64,000 bases of DNA from an uncultured Clostridia bacterium (GCA_964479735.1 CAYZNT010000005.1:68194-132193), one strand, 5' to 3'; shown: positions 46,054 to 57,347, numbered from the stretch's first letter. Numbers and translations are program-made. The notes: generated by a model from the sequence alone, not told the origin.

Positions 46054-46836
46054 TCAGCCGCCCGCCGGCCTCGCCAGTGCGTGGAAGACGGGCATGGACA
46101 TCACCCGGCAGCCGTTCCTCCGGGCGCGGGCATCGAGGCGCCGCAGCCTCGACACCGTGGCCGCCTCCAGGCCGGCGGCCTCCTGCCAGAACCCCCACTC
46201 CTCGTCCCACTCCGCCGCGGAACCCAACGGAACGGGCTGCTGGGCGAACACTCCGGTTTCGGCGAGGAAGCCGGACGCGGCCAACAGGCCCGGCAACTTG
46301 CGTCCGATCTCCGGGTCGCCGCCGCTCGAAAGAACGTGATCACGGAAGATGCGACCCATCTCCGCCAGGGGAGGGGGGTGATCGATCCGTCCCCCGTAAT
46401 CGGGCTCGGCCAGTACGAGCAGCACCCCGTCCGAGGCCAGCAGGCGGCGCAGCTTGCGCAACAGGGCGATCGGCCGCTGCTGCCACATGAGCACAAAGGA
46501 GAGGAACACGAGGTCGAAGCGCTCCTTCCGCCGCAGCAGGGCGTCCTCGTCGCCCACCCGGTAGGTGCCACCGGGGTAGGCGCGTCGGGCGAAGGCGATC
46601 AGCGACTCGTCGCGGTCGACGCCGAGCACCGGGCGACCGGCCGCCCGCCCGGCTTCCGCGGTCAGCGCCCCGGTGCCGCAGCCGAAGTCGAGAATGCGCT
46701 GGCGTGCCGCCAGCCCGGCGCGGCGGAACAGGTGGGCGCGGCCCTCGGCCAGCCACCGCGCCTGGAGCAGGTAATGACGATGCAACCGCTCGGTCAGCAC
46801 GGGGCCACTATACGGAGTGGGGACTGCCGCTGTCAA
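46054..46836 (-). CDS. class I SAM-dependent methyltransferase
   Basis: ILDFGCGTGAL (motif I) and DLVFLSFVLMW (motif II/III). Confidence 0.8.
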   Translation of the reverse strand: MTAAVPTPYSGPVLTERLHRHYLLQARWLAEGRAHLFRRAGLAARQRILDFGCGTGALTAEAGRAAGRPVLGVDRDESLIAFARRAYPGGTYRVGDEDALLRRKERFDLVFLSFVLMWQQRPIALLRKLRRLLASDGVLLVLAEPDYGGRIDHPPPLAEMGRIFRDHVLSSGGDPEIGRKLPGLLAASGFLAETGVFAQQPVPLGSAAEWDEEWGFWQEAAGLEAATVSRLRRLDARARRNGCRVMSMPVFHALARPAGG

Positions 46837-46869
46837 TGCCCCGGCGCCGTTCCGCCCGCGGTCGGAATT

Positions 46870-46878
46870 TGGTATAAT
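46870..46878 (+). promoter_or_regulatory. extended -10 element TGGTATAAT
   Basis: Sits 11 nt before the GTG (46890) and 17 nt before the ATG (46896) of the large GNAT gene. GAGG lies 5 nt before the ATG. Confidence 0.4.
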
Positions 46879-46889
46879 GGCCGAACGAG

Positions 46890-48029
46890 GTGAACATGGC
46901 CGTTACTGTGCAGGAAGTCACCAGCAAGCGCGACATGCGTGCGTTCGTCCGCCTTCCGTTCCGAATCTACCAGGGGAACCCGAACTGGGTGCCGCCGCTG
47001 ATCATGGATGATCTCAGCACCTTCGACCGCCGCAAGAACCCGGCCTTCGACAGCGCCGACTGCAAGCTGTTCCTGGCCAGCCGCGACGGCCGGCCGGTCG
47101 GCCGCGTGGCCGCCATCCTGAACCATGCCGCCAACAAGAAATTCAGTTCCCGCAACCTGCGCTTCGGCTGGTTCGAGGCGGAGAACGACGAGGAGGTGGC
47201 CGCCGCCCTGTTCGCCGCGGTGGAGAAGTGGGCCCGCGAGACGGGCATGAACTCGATCACCGGGCCGCACGGATTCTGCGATCTCGACCCGCAGGGCATG
47301 CTGGTCGAGGGCTTCGACCGGCTGGGCACCATCGCCGGCATCTACAACCACAGCTACTACCCGTTGCTGCTGGAAAAGAACGGCTTCGTCAAGGAGATCG
47401 ACTACGTCGAGTTCCAGTCGCGGGTGCCCAGCGAGACCGGCATCCCCGAGAAGCTGGTCCGGTTGGCCGAACGGGTGAAGGAGCGGAGCGGCCTGCGCGT
47501 GCTTCGCTTCGGGAGCAAGAAGGACGTGCTCAAGCGCGCCGACGAGCTGTTCGATGTGCTCGACGAGGCCTACGAAGAGATATATGGCGCCGTCCCGCTC
47601 ACCCGGCGCCAGGTCAAATACTTCGTCGGCAAGTACTTCTCCTTTGTCGACAAGGACCTGATCAAGGCCGTGGTCAACGACAAGGACGAGATGGTCGGCT
47701 TCATGATCACCATGCCCAGCATGTCCAGGGCCATGCAGAAGGCGCGCGGTCGGCTCCTGCCTTTCGGCTGGTTCCACATCATGCGGGCGTTCAAGGAATG
47801 CGAAATCCTCGACTTCTACCTGATCGGCATCCGCCGCGCCTACCGCGGACTGGGAGTCGACCTGCTGATGGTGATCGAGATCGCCAAGACCGCGCTGAAA
47901 AAGGGTTTCACGCTGACCGAGTCCAACCAGGAGCTCGAGACCAACACCAAGGTGCAGGCGCAGTGGAAGTACTTCGACCCGGTGCAGCACAAGCGGCGCC
48001 GCATCTTCCGCAAGACGCTGGCCGGCTAG
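46890..48029 (+). CDS. GNAT-superfamily acyltransferase (large ~380-aa form)
   Basis: N-terminal acyl-CoA N-acyltransferase fold (VRLPFRIYQGNPNWVPPL) and C-terminal GNAT-like region YRGLGVDLLMVIE. The start could be ATG 46896. Confidence 0.65.
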   Translation: MNMAVTVQEVTSKRDMRAFVRLPFRIYQGNPNWVPPLIMDDLSTFDRRKNPAFDSADCKLFLASRDGRPVGRVAAILNHAANKKFSSRNLRFGWFEAENDEEVAAALFAAVEKWARETGMNSITGPHGFCDLDPQGMLVEGFDRLGTIAGIYNHSYYPLLLEKNGFVKEIDYVEFQSRVPSETGIPEKLVRLAERVKERSGLRVLRFGSKKDVLKRADELFDVLDEAYEEIYGAVPLTRRQVKYFVGKYFSFVDKDLIKAVVNDKDEMVGFMITMPSMSRAMQKARGRLLPFGWFHIMRAFKECEILDFYLIGIRRAYRGLGVDLLMVIEIAKTALKKGFTLTESNQELETNTKVQAQWKYFDPVQHKRRRIFRKTLAG

Positions 48030-48056
48030 CCGCCGGAGGGGCGGGGTCGGCTGCCG

Positions 48057-49055
48057 ATGTGGTTTCCTGGCCTGCGCCGGCGGCGGACGTTTCGCGCCAT
48101 GGAGAGGGCGCTGCGGAGGGCGCGGATCGTCGGCGAAGAGGAGTTCCGCCGCCACCGATACGTCGTTTTCTCCGACATCCACAAGGGGGATCGCCGCCGC
48201 AGCGATGACTTCCGCCGCAACGAGGCGTTGCTGCTCCATGCCTGGCGCTTCTACCTGGACCAGGGATATCGCCTGGTGCTGGCCGGCGACATCGAGGAGG
48301 GCTGGGAGTGCCGCTGGCAGGACGCCGCCGCTTCGTATCCCGCCACCTTCGAACTGGAGCGGCGCTTCAACGATCGCGGCCCCGGCCATTACCTGCGCGT
48401 GGTCGGCAACCACGACGAGGTCCTGCGCCGGCGGCGATTCGTGCGCCGCCACCTGCAGCCGCGGGTGGGGGAGGTGCAGACCGCTCCCGCCCTGTGCCTG
48501 GGCGACTCGGTGGTCGTCGTGCACGGCCATCAGGGTGAGCTGTGGTCCGACCGGTTCTCCGCCCGCGGCCGGCTGGTGAGCCGCTTCCTCTGGCGCCCGC
48601 TGCAGGAATGGTTCGGGCTCAGCGTGGAAGGCATCGCCCGCAATGTGTTCATGAAGAACGCGCGAGACCAGTTGCTCTACGACTGGGCGGTTGCCCGCCG
48701 CCGCCTGCTCATCGCCGGCCACACCCACCGCGCCGTGTTCCGATCGCGAACCGAACTGCAGGGACTGCGCGAGCGCCTGTCGGTTCTGGATGAAACCGCC
48801 GCGGCGGAGGAACGCGGCGAGCTCGTCCGGCGCATTCGTCTCCTGGAGTGGCAGGAGCGCAGTGGCCAGCCGCCGGAAAAGACCAGCTACTTCAACTCGG
48901 GTTGCTCCGTCTACCGCAACGGCGCCACGGCCATCGAGCTGGCCGACGGGGACATCCGCCTGGTGCGCTGGGACCGTCCGGCTTTGGAACGCGGCCAGGA
49001 AGCGCGCCAGGTGCTGGAGAGCGAGAGCCTGCCCCGGGTCCTGAACCAGCTCTAG
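48057..49055 (+). CDS. metallophosphoesterase (calcineurin-like)
   Basis: VVFSDIHKGD, VVGNHDE and AGHTHR are metal-binding motifs I, III and V. Confidence 0.8.
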   Translation: MWFPGLRRRRTFRAMERALRRARIVGEEEFRRHRYVVFSDIHKGDRRRSDDFRRNEALLLHAWRFYLDQGYRLVLAGDIEEGWECRWQDAAASYPATFELERRFNDRGPGHYLRVVGNHDEVLRRRRFVRRHLQPRVGEVQTAPALCLGDSVVVVHGHQGELWSDRFSARGRLVSRFLWRPLQEWFGLSVEGIARNVFMKNARDQLLYDWAVARRRLLIAGHTHRAVFRSRTELQGLRERLSVLDETAAAEERGELVRRIRLLEWQERSGQPPEKTSYFNSGCSVYRNGATAIELADGDIRLVRWDRPALERGQEARQVLESESLPRVLNQL

Positions 49056-49105
49056 GGCAGATTGCGGCGTGGCAGAACTTGCCGTATAATGGTCGGGTGA
49101 AGACG

Positions 49106-50333
<1,228 letters not shown>

Positions 50334-50348
50334 GGGCGGCCCCGGGCT

Positions 50349-51221
50349 TCAGCTCACCATCGTGGACCGGAACCCCTTGCCGAGAACGGCGTAGGTGTCG
50401 TTGATCACCACGAAGGCCCCGGGATCGATCTCCTTGATGAACTCCCTCAATTCGGTGAGCTGCTTGCGGTGGATGACGGTCATGATGATCTCGCCTTCGC
50501 GGTTCATGTAGAGGGAGCGCGACTTCAAGGCCGTGCCGCTGCGGTCCAGCGTGTTGAGGATGAAATCCTCGATCTCGGCCACGCGCGCCGAGGTGATGAT
50601 CACCATCTTCGAGTAGTTCCATCCCTCCAGGATCAGGTCGATGACCTTGGTCGAGATGAACAGGATGATGTAGCCGTACAGCGGAGCCTCCAGGTTGCGG
50701 AAGGCCAGCCCCGAGGCGGAGATGACCACAAAGTCGACGATCATGATGCCCATGCCCACCGACATGCCCGTGTACTTGTTGATTGCCTGGCCGATGATGT
50801 CGCTGCCCCCGGTGGAGGCCCGGCCGCGGAAGATGATGCCCAGCCCGACCCCCAGCAGGATGCCGCCGTAGATGGACGCCAACACCAGATTCTGGGTCGC
50901 CGCGCGGATGCGCAGGATTTCATAGAAGAAATCGACCAGCAGGGAGGAGACGATCATGCCGACGAGGCTCTTGATGCCGTAGGTCTTGCCCATGGTGCGG
51001 ATGCCAAACAGGAAGATGGGGATATTGAACACCAGCATAGTGGCGCCGACGGGGAGGCTGGTGAAATAGTTGAGGATGATGGCCACCCCGGACACGCCGC
51101 CGGGGACGAAATGGTGGGGGATCATGAACAGGGAGTATCCGAGGGCCATGATGGCGCTGCCGATGGTGATCATGGCCACGCTGACGGCGGCACGCTTGAA
51201 CTGGCGTCTGGTGAGTGTCAT
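50349..51221 (-). CDS. YitT-family membrane protein (DUF161 + DUF2179)
   Basis: Five to six TM helices plus a C-terminal DUF2179 cytoplasmic domain; the overall length and topology are typical of YitT-family proteins. Confidence 0.8.
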   Translation of the reverse strand: MTLTRRQFKRAAVSVAMITIGSAIMALGYSLFMIPHHFVPGGVSGVAIILNYFTSLPVGATMLVFNIPIFLFGIRTMGKTYGIKSLVGMIVSSLLVDFFYEILRIRAATQNLVLASIYGGILLGVGLGIIFRGRASTGGSDIIGQAINKYTGMSVGMGIMIVDFVVISASGLAFRNLEAPLYGYIILFISTKVIDLILEGWNYSKMVIITSARVAEIEDFILNTLDRSGTALKSRSLYMNREGEIIMTVIHRKQLTELREFIKEIDPGAFVVINDTYAVLGKGFRSTMVS

Positions 51222-51355
51222 GTTTTCCTCTGGGATGATGACGGGATGCGACTCGTATTTTACCGGGAACCGGGCCGGTTGGCAAGCGGCTTCGCCTCTC
51301 CATTGACAGGGTCTCGTTTCTCTGCTACCGTAGCAGCCTTGCCGCGCGTGACCGC

Positions 51356-51787
51356 ATGAGCCAGCACGACACATTTGACATCCGAATGGACGCCCGGGTC
51401 GACCCGCAGGGCATGCGCCGCCTCTACGAGGTGGCTGGCTGGTGGGACGACGACGACGACCGGCGCCCCGACCTGGAGTGGCTGCGGAACATGGTTGCCG
51501 GCTCGTTCTGCTTCGCCGCCGCCTACGACGACCAGGGCCGCATGATCGGCATGGGCCGGGCCATTTCCGACGGGGTCTCCGACGCCTACATCCAGGACGT
51601 GGTGGTCGACCCGGGGTGGCGCCGGCAGGGGGTCGGCGCGGCGATCATGGCCGCACTGATGAAGCGTTTGCGTGAGCAGCACATCAACTGGATCGGCCTG
51701 ATCGCCGAACCGGGCAGCGAGTCGTTCTACTCCGCGCTGGGTTTCAAGCCGATGGACGGCCACACGCCCATGCGCCTGCTGGGGTGA
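51356..51787 (+). CDS. GNAT-family N-acetyltransferase
   Basis: VVVDPGWRRQGVGAAIMAAL is the acetyl-CoA binding motif A (Q/RxxGxG/A). Confidence 0.85.
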   Translation: MSQHDTFDIRMDARVDPQGMRRLYEVAGWWDDDDDRRPDLEWLRNMVAGSFCFAAAYDDQGRMIGMGRAISDGVSDAYIQDVVVDPGWRRQGVGAAIMAALMKRLREQHINWIGLIAEPGSESFYSALGFKPMDGHTPMRLLG

Positions 51788-52689
51788 CCGCCATGACGGC
51801 ACCCGACCCCGCCCGCTTCCAGCCCGTTCGCCTGGAGCACCGCGACGAGTTGACCCGCTTCCTGGCCTCCCACGACGTCGTCTTCTGCGAATACAATTTC
51901 GCCACCCTGTTCATGTGGGGGGAGCAGTACCGTATCGCCTGGCTCATCCACGAGAACCGGCTGTGGATCCGCAGCCTGCGGGACAACGTCACGCTGATGC
52001 CGGTTGGCGAGCCGGTTCCCGCCGCCGAATTGCACGGCCTATGCCGGCAGTGGCGACAGGCCGGCGGCTGCTCCACCATCGCCCTGGCCGACGACGAATA
52101 CCTGGCCGACAACCCGGGCATCGAATCGCTTTTTCGGGTGGAGCCGGACCCGGCCAACTGCGACTACGTCTACCTGACCCAGAAGCTGGCCGAATTGCGC
52201 GGCAACAAGCTGAGCCGCAAGCGCAACCTGGTGTCCCAGTTCCGGGCCGCGTTTCCGGACGCGGAGATCACGCCGCTGACGCCGGACGACAGCGCCCGTT
52301 GCCTCGAGCTCGCCGAGAAGTGGTGCATCATGCGCGACTGCATCCAACTGGGGTTCGACCCGGAGGAGTCCGCGCTGAAGCGGGGATTGCAGCACTTCGC
52401 CGCGATCGGCCTGGCGGGCCTCAAGCTGATGGTCGGGCAGCGCCTGCTGGCCTTTTCCATATGGTCGCAGCTCAACGGCGACACGGCGGACATCCACTTC
52501 GAGAAGTTCGACCCCGAGGTCAAGGGTGCCGCCCAGGCGATCAACCAGGAAGTGGCCCGCCACCTGTCCGCCTCCTGCAAGCACCTCAACCGCGAGCAGG
52601 ACCTGGGGTTGGAGGGCCTGCGCCGCGCCAAGCTCTCCTACTACCCGGAATACATCGTTCGCGCCTACACGCTCACGCCGCTGCCCTGA
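51784..52689 (+). CDS. DUF2156-family protein (aminoacyl-phosphatidylglycerol synthase C-terminal-domain-like)
   Basis: CEYNFATLFMWGEQYRIAW and overall ~300-aa length match the LysX/MprF synthase-domain family. Overlaps the upstream GNAT by 4 nt. Confidence 0.7.
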   Translation: MTAMTAPDPARFQPVRLEHRDELTRFLASHDVVFCEYNFATLFMWGEQYRIAWLIHENRLWIRSLRDNVTLMPVGEPVPAAELHGLCRQWRQAGGCSTIALADDEYLADNPGIESLFRVEPDPANCDYVYLTQKLAELRGNKLSRKRNLVSQFRAAFPDAEITPLTPDDSARCLELAEKWCIMRDCIQLGFDPEESALKRGLQHFAAIGLAGLKLMVGQRLLAFSIWSQLNGDTADIHFEKFDPEVKGAAQAINQEVARHLSASCKHLNREQDLGLEGLRRAKLSYYPEYIVRAYTLTPLP

Positions 52690-52771
52690 TGGCCGGTCGA
52701 CGGAACTTTCTCCCCGCAGCGTCCGTTTATGCGGAGGCGGGCCAGAATGGATGCCCCGCCAAGGAGGAAAC

Positions 52772-53206
52772 ATGAAGCGCCTCTACAGAAGCTCGCGAAA
52801 CCGCGTGCTCGCCGGAGTATGCGGCGGCATCGGCGAATACGTCGGCATCGATCCGGTCATCGTCCGCATCATTGCCGTCGTGCTCGTCTTCTGGGGCGGC
52901 AGCGGCCTGCTGGCCTATGTTCTGGCTGCGATCATCATCCCCCTCGAACCCACGTCCGCCGCCTCCGCCGAAGCCAGCGCCGCGACCCCGGAAGCCGCGA
53001 GCGTCCAAGCGGCCCCGGCGCGCCCGGGGCAGGGCCTTTTGTTCGCCGGGATCCTGCTCACCGTGCTCGGGGTGATGTTCCTGCTCCGCAACCTGGCCTT
53101 CACCTTTCCCGGCTTCTACTGGTTCCACCGCTACGTGTGGCACAATTTCTGGCCCGGGCTGCTGATCGCGCTGGGTCTGTTCCTCATCCTGCGCAAGCGC
53201 GATTGA
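52772..53206 (+). CDS. PspC-domain membrane protein
   Basis: RSSRNRVLAGVCGGIGEYVGIDPVIVRI is the PspC signature; two TM regions. AAGGAGGA Shine-Dalgarno 6 nt before the ATG. Confidence 0.85.
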   Translation: MKRLYRSSRNRVLAGVCGGIGEYVGIDPVIVRIIAVVLVFWGGSGLLAYVLAAIIIPLEPTSAASAEASAATPEAASVQAAPARPGQGLLFAGILLTVLGVMFLLRNLAFTFPGFYWFHRYVWHNFWPGLLIALGLFLILRKRD

Positions 53207-53264
53207 CCCCGGCCGGTTTTGACATCGTCGCCGCCCCCGGGTAGAATGGGGGCGGCGGATTTCC

Positions 53265-53729
53265 ATGGACTGTGAACGGAAACGGAATCGGTACCAGCGT
53301 CTCTACGTCCAGCTGCAGGGCCTGCTGGGCAAGACCGCCGACCCGGTGGCCCGGATGGCCACCGTGGTGGCTCTGCTGTACCACAAGATGGGCACCTTTT
53401 TCTGGTGCGGCTTCTACCGGCTTCTCGACGGGGAGCTCACGGTCGGGCCCTACCAGGGACCCCTCGCCTGCCAGGTGCTGGAGAAAGGACGTGGGGTCTG
53501 CTGGGCGGCGCTGGAGGGCCGCCGCACCCTGATCGTGCCCGATGTGGAGAAATTCCCCGGTCACATCGCCTGCGATTCCCGCTCGCGCTCGGAGATCGTG
53601 GTCCCCCTCGTCGATGGCGCCGGCAAAGTGTGGGCGGTTCTCGACGTGGACAGCGAACAACCGGGGGCGTTCGACGGGATCGACGGCGACGGCTTGGAGC
53701 GGATCGTCTCGCTGCTCGGCCCGGGCTGA
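53265..53729 (+). CDS. GAF-domain protein (free methionine-(R)-sulfoxide reductase-like)
   Basis: WCGFYRL, GPYQGPLAC, HIACDSRSRSEIVVPL. Confidence 0.8.
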   Translation: MDCERKRNRYQRLYVQLQGLLGKTADPVARMATVVALLYHKMGTFFWCGFYRLLDGELTVGPYQGPLACQVLEKGRGVCWAALEGRRTLIVPDVEKFPGHIACDSRSRSEIVVPLVDGAGKVWAVLDVDSEQPGAFDGIDGDGLERIVSLLGPG

Positions 53730-53730
53730 C

Positions 53731-53997
53731 CTACTGCTCGGTTTCCCGGGTGATCACGCCCTTTTCGATCAGCAGTTCCACCTGCTTGTTGACGGTGTCG
53801 GCGAACCGCAGGAAGTGGGGGATAGTCAGGTGCACGTAGGAGTGCACATCCACCCGTTGCGGATCCTGCACGTTTCGCACGCCCATGCCCAGGCAGATCT
53901 CCTCGGGGTTGACGTGGAACGAGACCAGGTTGGCGTAGAGGTGAACCGCCTGCTCGTCGTTGATGGTGACCTTGTCGTCCGTCGGGTTGACCGCCAT
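53731..53997 (-). CDS. DUF3467-family small protein
   Basis: YANLVSFHVNPEEICLGMG core typical of DUF3467. Confidence 0.6.
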   Translation of the reverse strand: MAVNPTDDKVTINDEQAVHLYANLVSFHVNPEEICLGMGVRNVQDPQRVDVHSYVHLTIPHFLRFADTVNKQVELLIEKGVITRETEQ

Positions 53998-54007
53998 TCC
54001 TCCTCCG

Positions 54008-54694
54008 TCAGCGGGCGCTTTCCCGCTCCAGCCTTTGCAGCAGGCGATAGAGCCGCAGGTCTTCGGCGCGGAGCACCATGTGGCTGTTCCTCTGCGTCTG
54101 CTCCTCGTTCTTGATCACGTCCAGGTCGACGGTGAAGCCGAGCTTGCGGAAGGCGCGGCGTACGCCCGGCTTGTGGGCGATCAGCGACTCGTAGGAGACC
54201 ACGATGCTCTTGGGAACATTCTCGTGGGCGGCCACCAGGGCGTTGTTGTTGTCGAACCAGGAGAGACGGAACTGGGAAATGCCGCGACGCAACATGCTCG
54301 ACTGGACGTCGGCCGGGTTGCGGTAAATGAAGACCACCCGCAGGCTCTTGGCGATATGGCGGTAGAAAAACAGGGCCGGGATGTGGACGATCTTGAGGCC
54401 GGCGAGCCCGTCGTGGTGGTTCAGCTTGTCGACGATGTGGTTCATGGCGGCGATGTTCTCTGCCGTCATGGCCGTGTCCATCAGCCTCTTTTCCAGTTCC
54501 TTGGCATTGGCCAACTCAAAGTATCCGAACCGGTTGTACTCGTCACGGCCCAGGTCGGAAGGGAAGCGCACGCCCGCGCTCTCCAGCAGCTGGCAGGCCA
54601 GGGAGGTGCCGCTGCGCGGGTGCCCGGCGACCACGATTCCGTTCTGAAGCGCCTTGGGAGCGTCCGCAGCGTTTGCCGCGTTGCCATGATCCAC
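54008..54694 (-). CDS. sulfotransferase-family protein
   Basis: 5'-PSB loop GHPRSGTSL near the N-terminus and 3'-PB region RNPADV. It is the C-terminal 228 codons of an artefactually long minus ORF. GTG start with GGAGG 7 nt upstream. Confidence 0.7.
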   Translation of the reverse strand: MDHGNAANAADAPKALQNGIVVAGHPRSGTSLACQLLESAGVRFPSDLGRDEYNRFGYFELANAKELEKRLMDTAMTAENIAAMNHIVDKLNHHDGLAGLKIVHIPALFFYRHIAKSLRVVFIYRNPADVQSSMLRRGISQFRLSWFDNNNALVAAHENVPKSIVVSYESLIAHKPGVRRAFRKLGFTVDLDVIKNEEQTQRNSHMVLRAEDLRLYRLLQRLERESAR

Positions 54695-54730
54695 GCGCGC
54701 CCTCCTCTCGTCGAGTCTCGATCCGCCGGC

Positions 54731-54739
54731 ATTATACCA
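54731..54739 (-). promoter_or_regulatory. extended -10 TGGTATAAT on minus strand, upstream of sulfotransferase
   Basis: Plus-strand ATTATACCA is the reverse complement of TGGTATAAT, about 37 nt upstream of GTG 54694. Confidence 0.4.
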
Positions 54740-54781
54740 TATTCCCGGGCTCCGTTGCGCGCCTCCGGGCATTCCGCTACA

Positions 54782-56062
54782 ATGGCGGCGATGGCCCGTT
54801 TTCACCATGCCCGCGTCGAGGAGAGCCGAACCTGCCGCTTCACCATCGACGCGCGCAACCGCCGCGAGTACGAGGTCCGGCTTCGTTGTGGCGCCCAGGC
54901 GCGGAGTTTCGACGGAGGCTGGGAATGCCGGTCCGTCGAGCTGGGCGCGGCGGCCGACGCACAGCGCCACGGTTTCCTGCCGGCCGGAACCGTCCGCCGC
55001 GGGAGCGCCCCCGACTGGGAGTGGGACGCCGGCGAGATCCTGGAGAACCACGACGTGCTCATCGCCTTCCTCGAGCGCCAGGGATTTCCCGACTGGCGCT
55101 GCGATTTCCGGGCCCAGCACCGCCGTTCCTGGGTGGTCAGCCGGCGCGGCGAGTTGTTTCGCACCCGATTCATCCACTTCAGCCTGAACGTCCGCTTCCG
55201 TCCCGATCTCGGCGATCCGATCCGGCTGGAGGTCGGCGAGGGGTCGGTGAAGGGAATGAGCTTCAACCTCGACGGTTTGGCCCGGCGCATCGACGGCATG
55301 GCCTCTTCCTGGCGCCGCCGCCGGGACGGCGACTTCTCGAGGCCGCTTGACGTCGTCCTGCAGGCGGGAGACGGGGCGGTCTTCTTCCATGAAATCCTGG
55401 GGCACGCCCTGGAGGCCGACCACGTCCGTGCCGGGCAATCTCCGTTCGGGCCGGAAGACATCGGGCGTCCGGTCCTGCCGCCCCAGGTCAGCCTGCGCAC
55501 GCAGCACCCCGACGACCCGTTCTTCCGTGACCAGGCCGTGGACGACGAGGGGGAGAGCCCGCCCACCGGCCTCCTGGTGGATAACGGAGTTCTCTGCCAT
55601 TTCATCGGCGACACTTTCCACGGGATGCAGCTGAAAGCCGCCGCCAGCGGCCACGCGTACGCCGAGGACTTCACCCGGGCGCCGCTGCCGCGGGCCCGCG
55701 GTCTCTACCTGCAGGCGGGCCCCCACCCGGTGGAAGACCTCGTCCGCCGCACCGAGCGCGGGTTGCTGGCGCTCGAGTTCGGCGGCGGACGGGCGGTCTT
55801 GCACCGGGGCGCCTTCCTGTTCCGCATCGCCGACGCGCGATGGATCGAGGACGGCCGACTGGGCGCCGCCGCCGGCCCGGTGCTGGTCAGCGGCGCCATC
55901 CGCGACGTGCTGGAACGGATCGACATGGTCGGCGACGATTTCCGCTTCGACCGCGGCATCAGCTACTGCCGCAAGCACGGGCAGACGATCAACGTGCGCG
56001 TCGGGCAGCCGAGCGTCAAGATCCGCCAGCTCCAGGTGACCCCGGATGGAACTGCTCGCTAA
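54782..56062 (+). CDS. tldD: TldD/PmbA-family metallopeptidase
   Basis: FFHEILGHALEADH is the HExxxH metal site of the PmbA_TldD fold; it is paired with a downstream paralogue. Confidence 0.75.
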   Translation: MAAMARFHHARVEESRTCRFTIDARNRREYEVRLRCGAQARSFDGGWECRSVELGAAADAQRHGFLPAGTVRRGSAPDWEWDAGEILENHDVLIAFLERQGFPDWRCDFRAQHRRSWVVSRRGELFRTRFIHFSLNVRFRPDLGDPIRLEVGEGSVKGMSFNLDGLARRIDGMASSWRRRRDGDFSRPLDVVLQAGDGAVFFHEILGHALEADHVRAGQSPFGPEDIGRPVLPPQVSLRTQHPDDPFFRDQAVDDEGESPPTGLLVDNGVLCHFIGDTFHGMQLKAAASGHAYAEDFTRAPLPRARGLYLQAGPHPVEDLVRRTERGLLALEFGGGRAVLHRGAFLFRIADARWIEDGRLGAAAGPVLVSGAIRDVLERIDMVGDDFRFDRGISYCRKHGQTINVRVGQPSVKIRQLQVTPDGTAR

Positions 56063-57347
56063 CGCGCTGCAGATCGGCCTGAATGCGGGATTCACCGCCT
56101 GCGAGGCGTTCGCGGTGAAGCAGCGGCGACGGGAATACGGCTGGACGCCCGAAGCCCGATCGTGGCACGATGACGAAAGCCAGTGGCTGGGCGGGCGCCT
56201 GTTCCGGGACAGCGGCGAGCCCCCCGGCTTTCTCCTCTCGCGTCCCGACCTCCGCCTGCTGCGGCGAACCACTTCCAGTCTCCAGGCCAACGTCGCCGTT
56301 GACCGCCGCCGGAACTGGGCGGAGCGTCTGCCGGAGCGTGCCCCGCCGCCCCGACGGCTGCTCGTCGCCGATCCCGATTTCGAGCGGGTGGATGACGACT
56401 GGGTGAACGAGGAGTTCGAGCGCCTTCGCTCCGCCCTGGCGGGGTTTCCCGGGCTGCACCTGCTGCGCTTCACCTTCGCCCGGGTGATGCGCCGCGTCTA
56501 CCTGGCCAACTCGCGCGGTTTCGCCGCCAAGTACCGCAAGTCCGTTTTCCAGTGGGAGTCCCTGCTGCAACGGGGCGAAGACCGGATCGAGATCAGCGAG
56601 AGCCGGGTGCGACCGGCGCCGTTCGTGGCGGAGCGTGCCGTGGCCCGCGCCAGCAACCTGCTGGGGGCGATGACCGGCGTCGAGGTTCCTCCGCCGCGCC
56701 GGATGGTGTTCGCCCCGGAGGCGGCCATGGTCCTGTTGCGGGCATCCGCCGATGCCTGGCGGCTGGACCGGACCTGGTGGCGGGGGCGGCAGGCCGTGGC
56801 CGCGGCCGCCGTCACCCTCGTCGACGATCCCGGCCTCGACGAGCAGCCGGGCTCGGTGCCGTTCGATGACGAGGGCATCGCCGGTGCGGGGACGACCATC
56901 GTCTCCAAGGGCGTCTTTCTCGAGGCCATCAGCGACTTGCGCAGCTCCGGCGCCCGCGGCCGAACCTCGACCGGGAACGGCTTTCGAGACGACCGGTCGG
57001 TCGCCACCCGGCCCCGATTCAGCAATCTCTTCATCCGGCCCACCTCCTTCGCCCTTTCCCGGCTGCTGGACGAGGCCGGACGGGCGGTGCTGGTGACGTG
57101 GCTGCGCCTCTGCGGACGGGACGCCGGCGGCGCCGACATCTTCCAGGCGTATGGGTACGAAGTGGTCGGCAGCGAGGCCGGACGGCCGGTCCGTTTTCGT
57201 CTGCGCACGACGCCGCGATCCTTCTGGGTGCACGTGGCGAAGGTGTCGAAGGAACTGCGCTTCCACCTGCAGGCAGGCGGCAATGTCGGATCGCCCTACC
57301 TGTTGGTGGAGGCCGCGGCGCCGCGGGCGGGGCTCGCCATGTTGTGA
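56046..57347 (+). CDS. TldD/PmbA-family protein (TldE/PmbA-like partner)
   Basis: Length and C-terminal region typical of PmbA; it lacks a clear HExxxH as expected for the non-catalytic partner. Overlaps tldD by 17 nt. Confidence 0.65.
   Translation: MELLANALQIGLNAGFTACEAFAVKQRRREYGWTPEARSWHDDESQWLGGRLFRDSGEPPGFLLSRPDLRLLRRTTSSLQANVAVDRRRNWAERLPERAPPPRRLLVADPDFERVDDDWVNEEFERLRSALAGFPGLHLLRFTFARVMRRVYLANSRGFAAKYRKSVFQWESLLQRGEDRIEISESRVRPAPFVAERAVARASNLLGAMTGVEVPPPRRMVFAPEAAMVLLRASADAWRLDRTWWRGRQAVAAAAVTLVDDPGLDEQPGSVPFDDEGIAGAGTTIVSKGVFLEAISDLRSSGARGRTSTGNGFRDDRSVATRPRFSNLFIRPTSFALSRLLDEAGRAVLVTWLRLCGRDAGGADIFQAYGYEVVGSEAGRPVRFRLRTTPRSFWVHVAKVSKELRFHLQAGGNVGSPYLLVEAAAPRAGLAML

Noticed and set aside
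54695-56473. Upper part of minus ORF 54008..56473 (821 aa)
   Set aside because: Only the C-terminal 228 codons encode a sulfotransferase. The rest is antisense to the TldD/PmbA genes.
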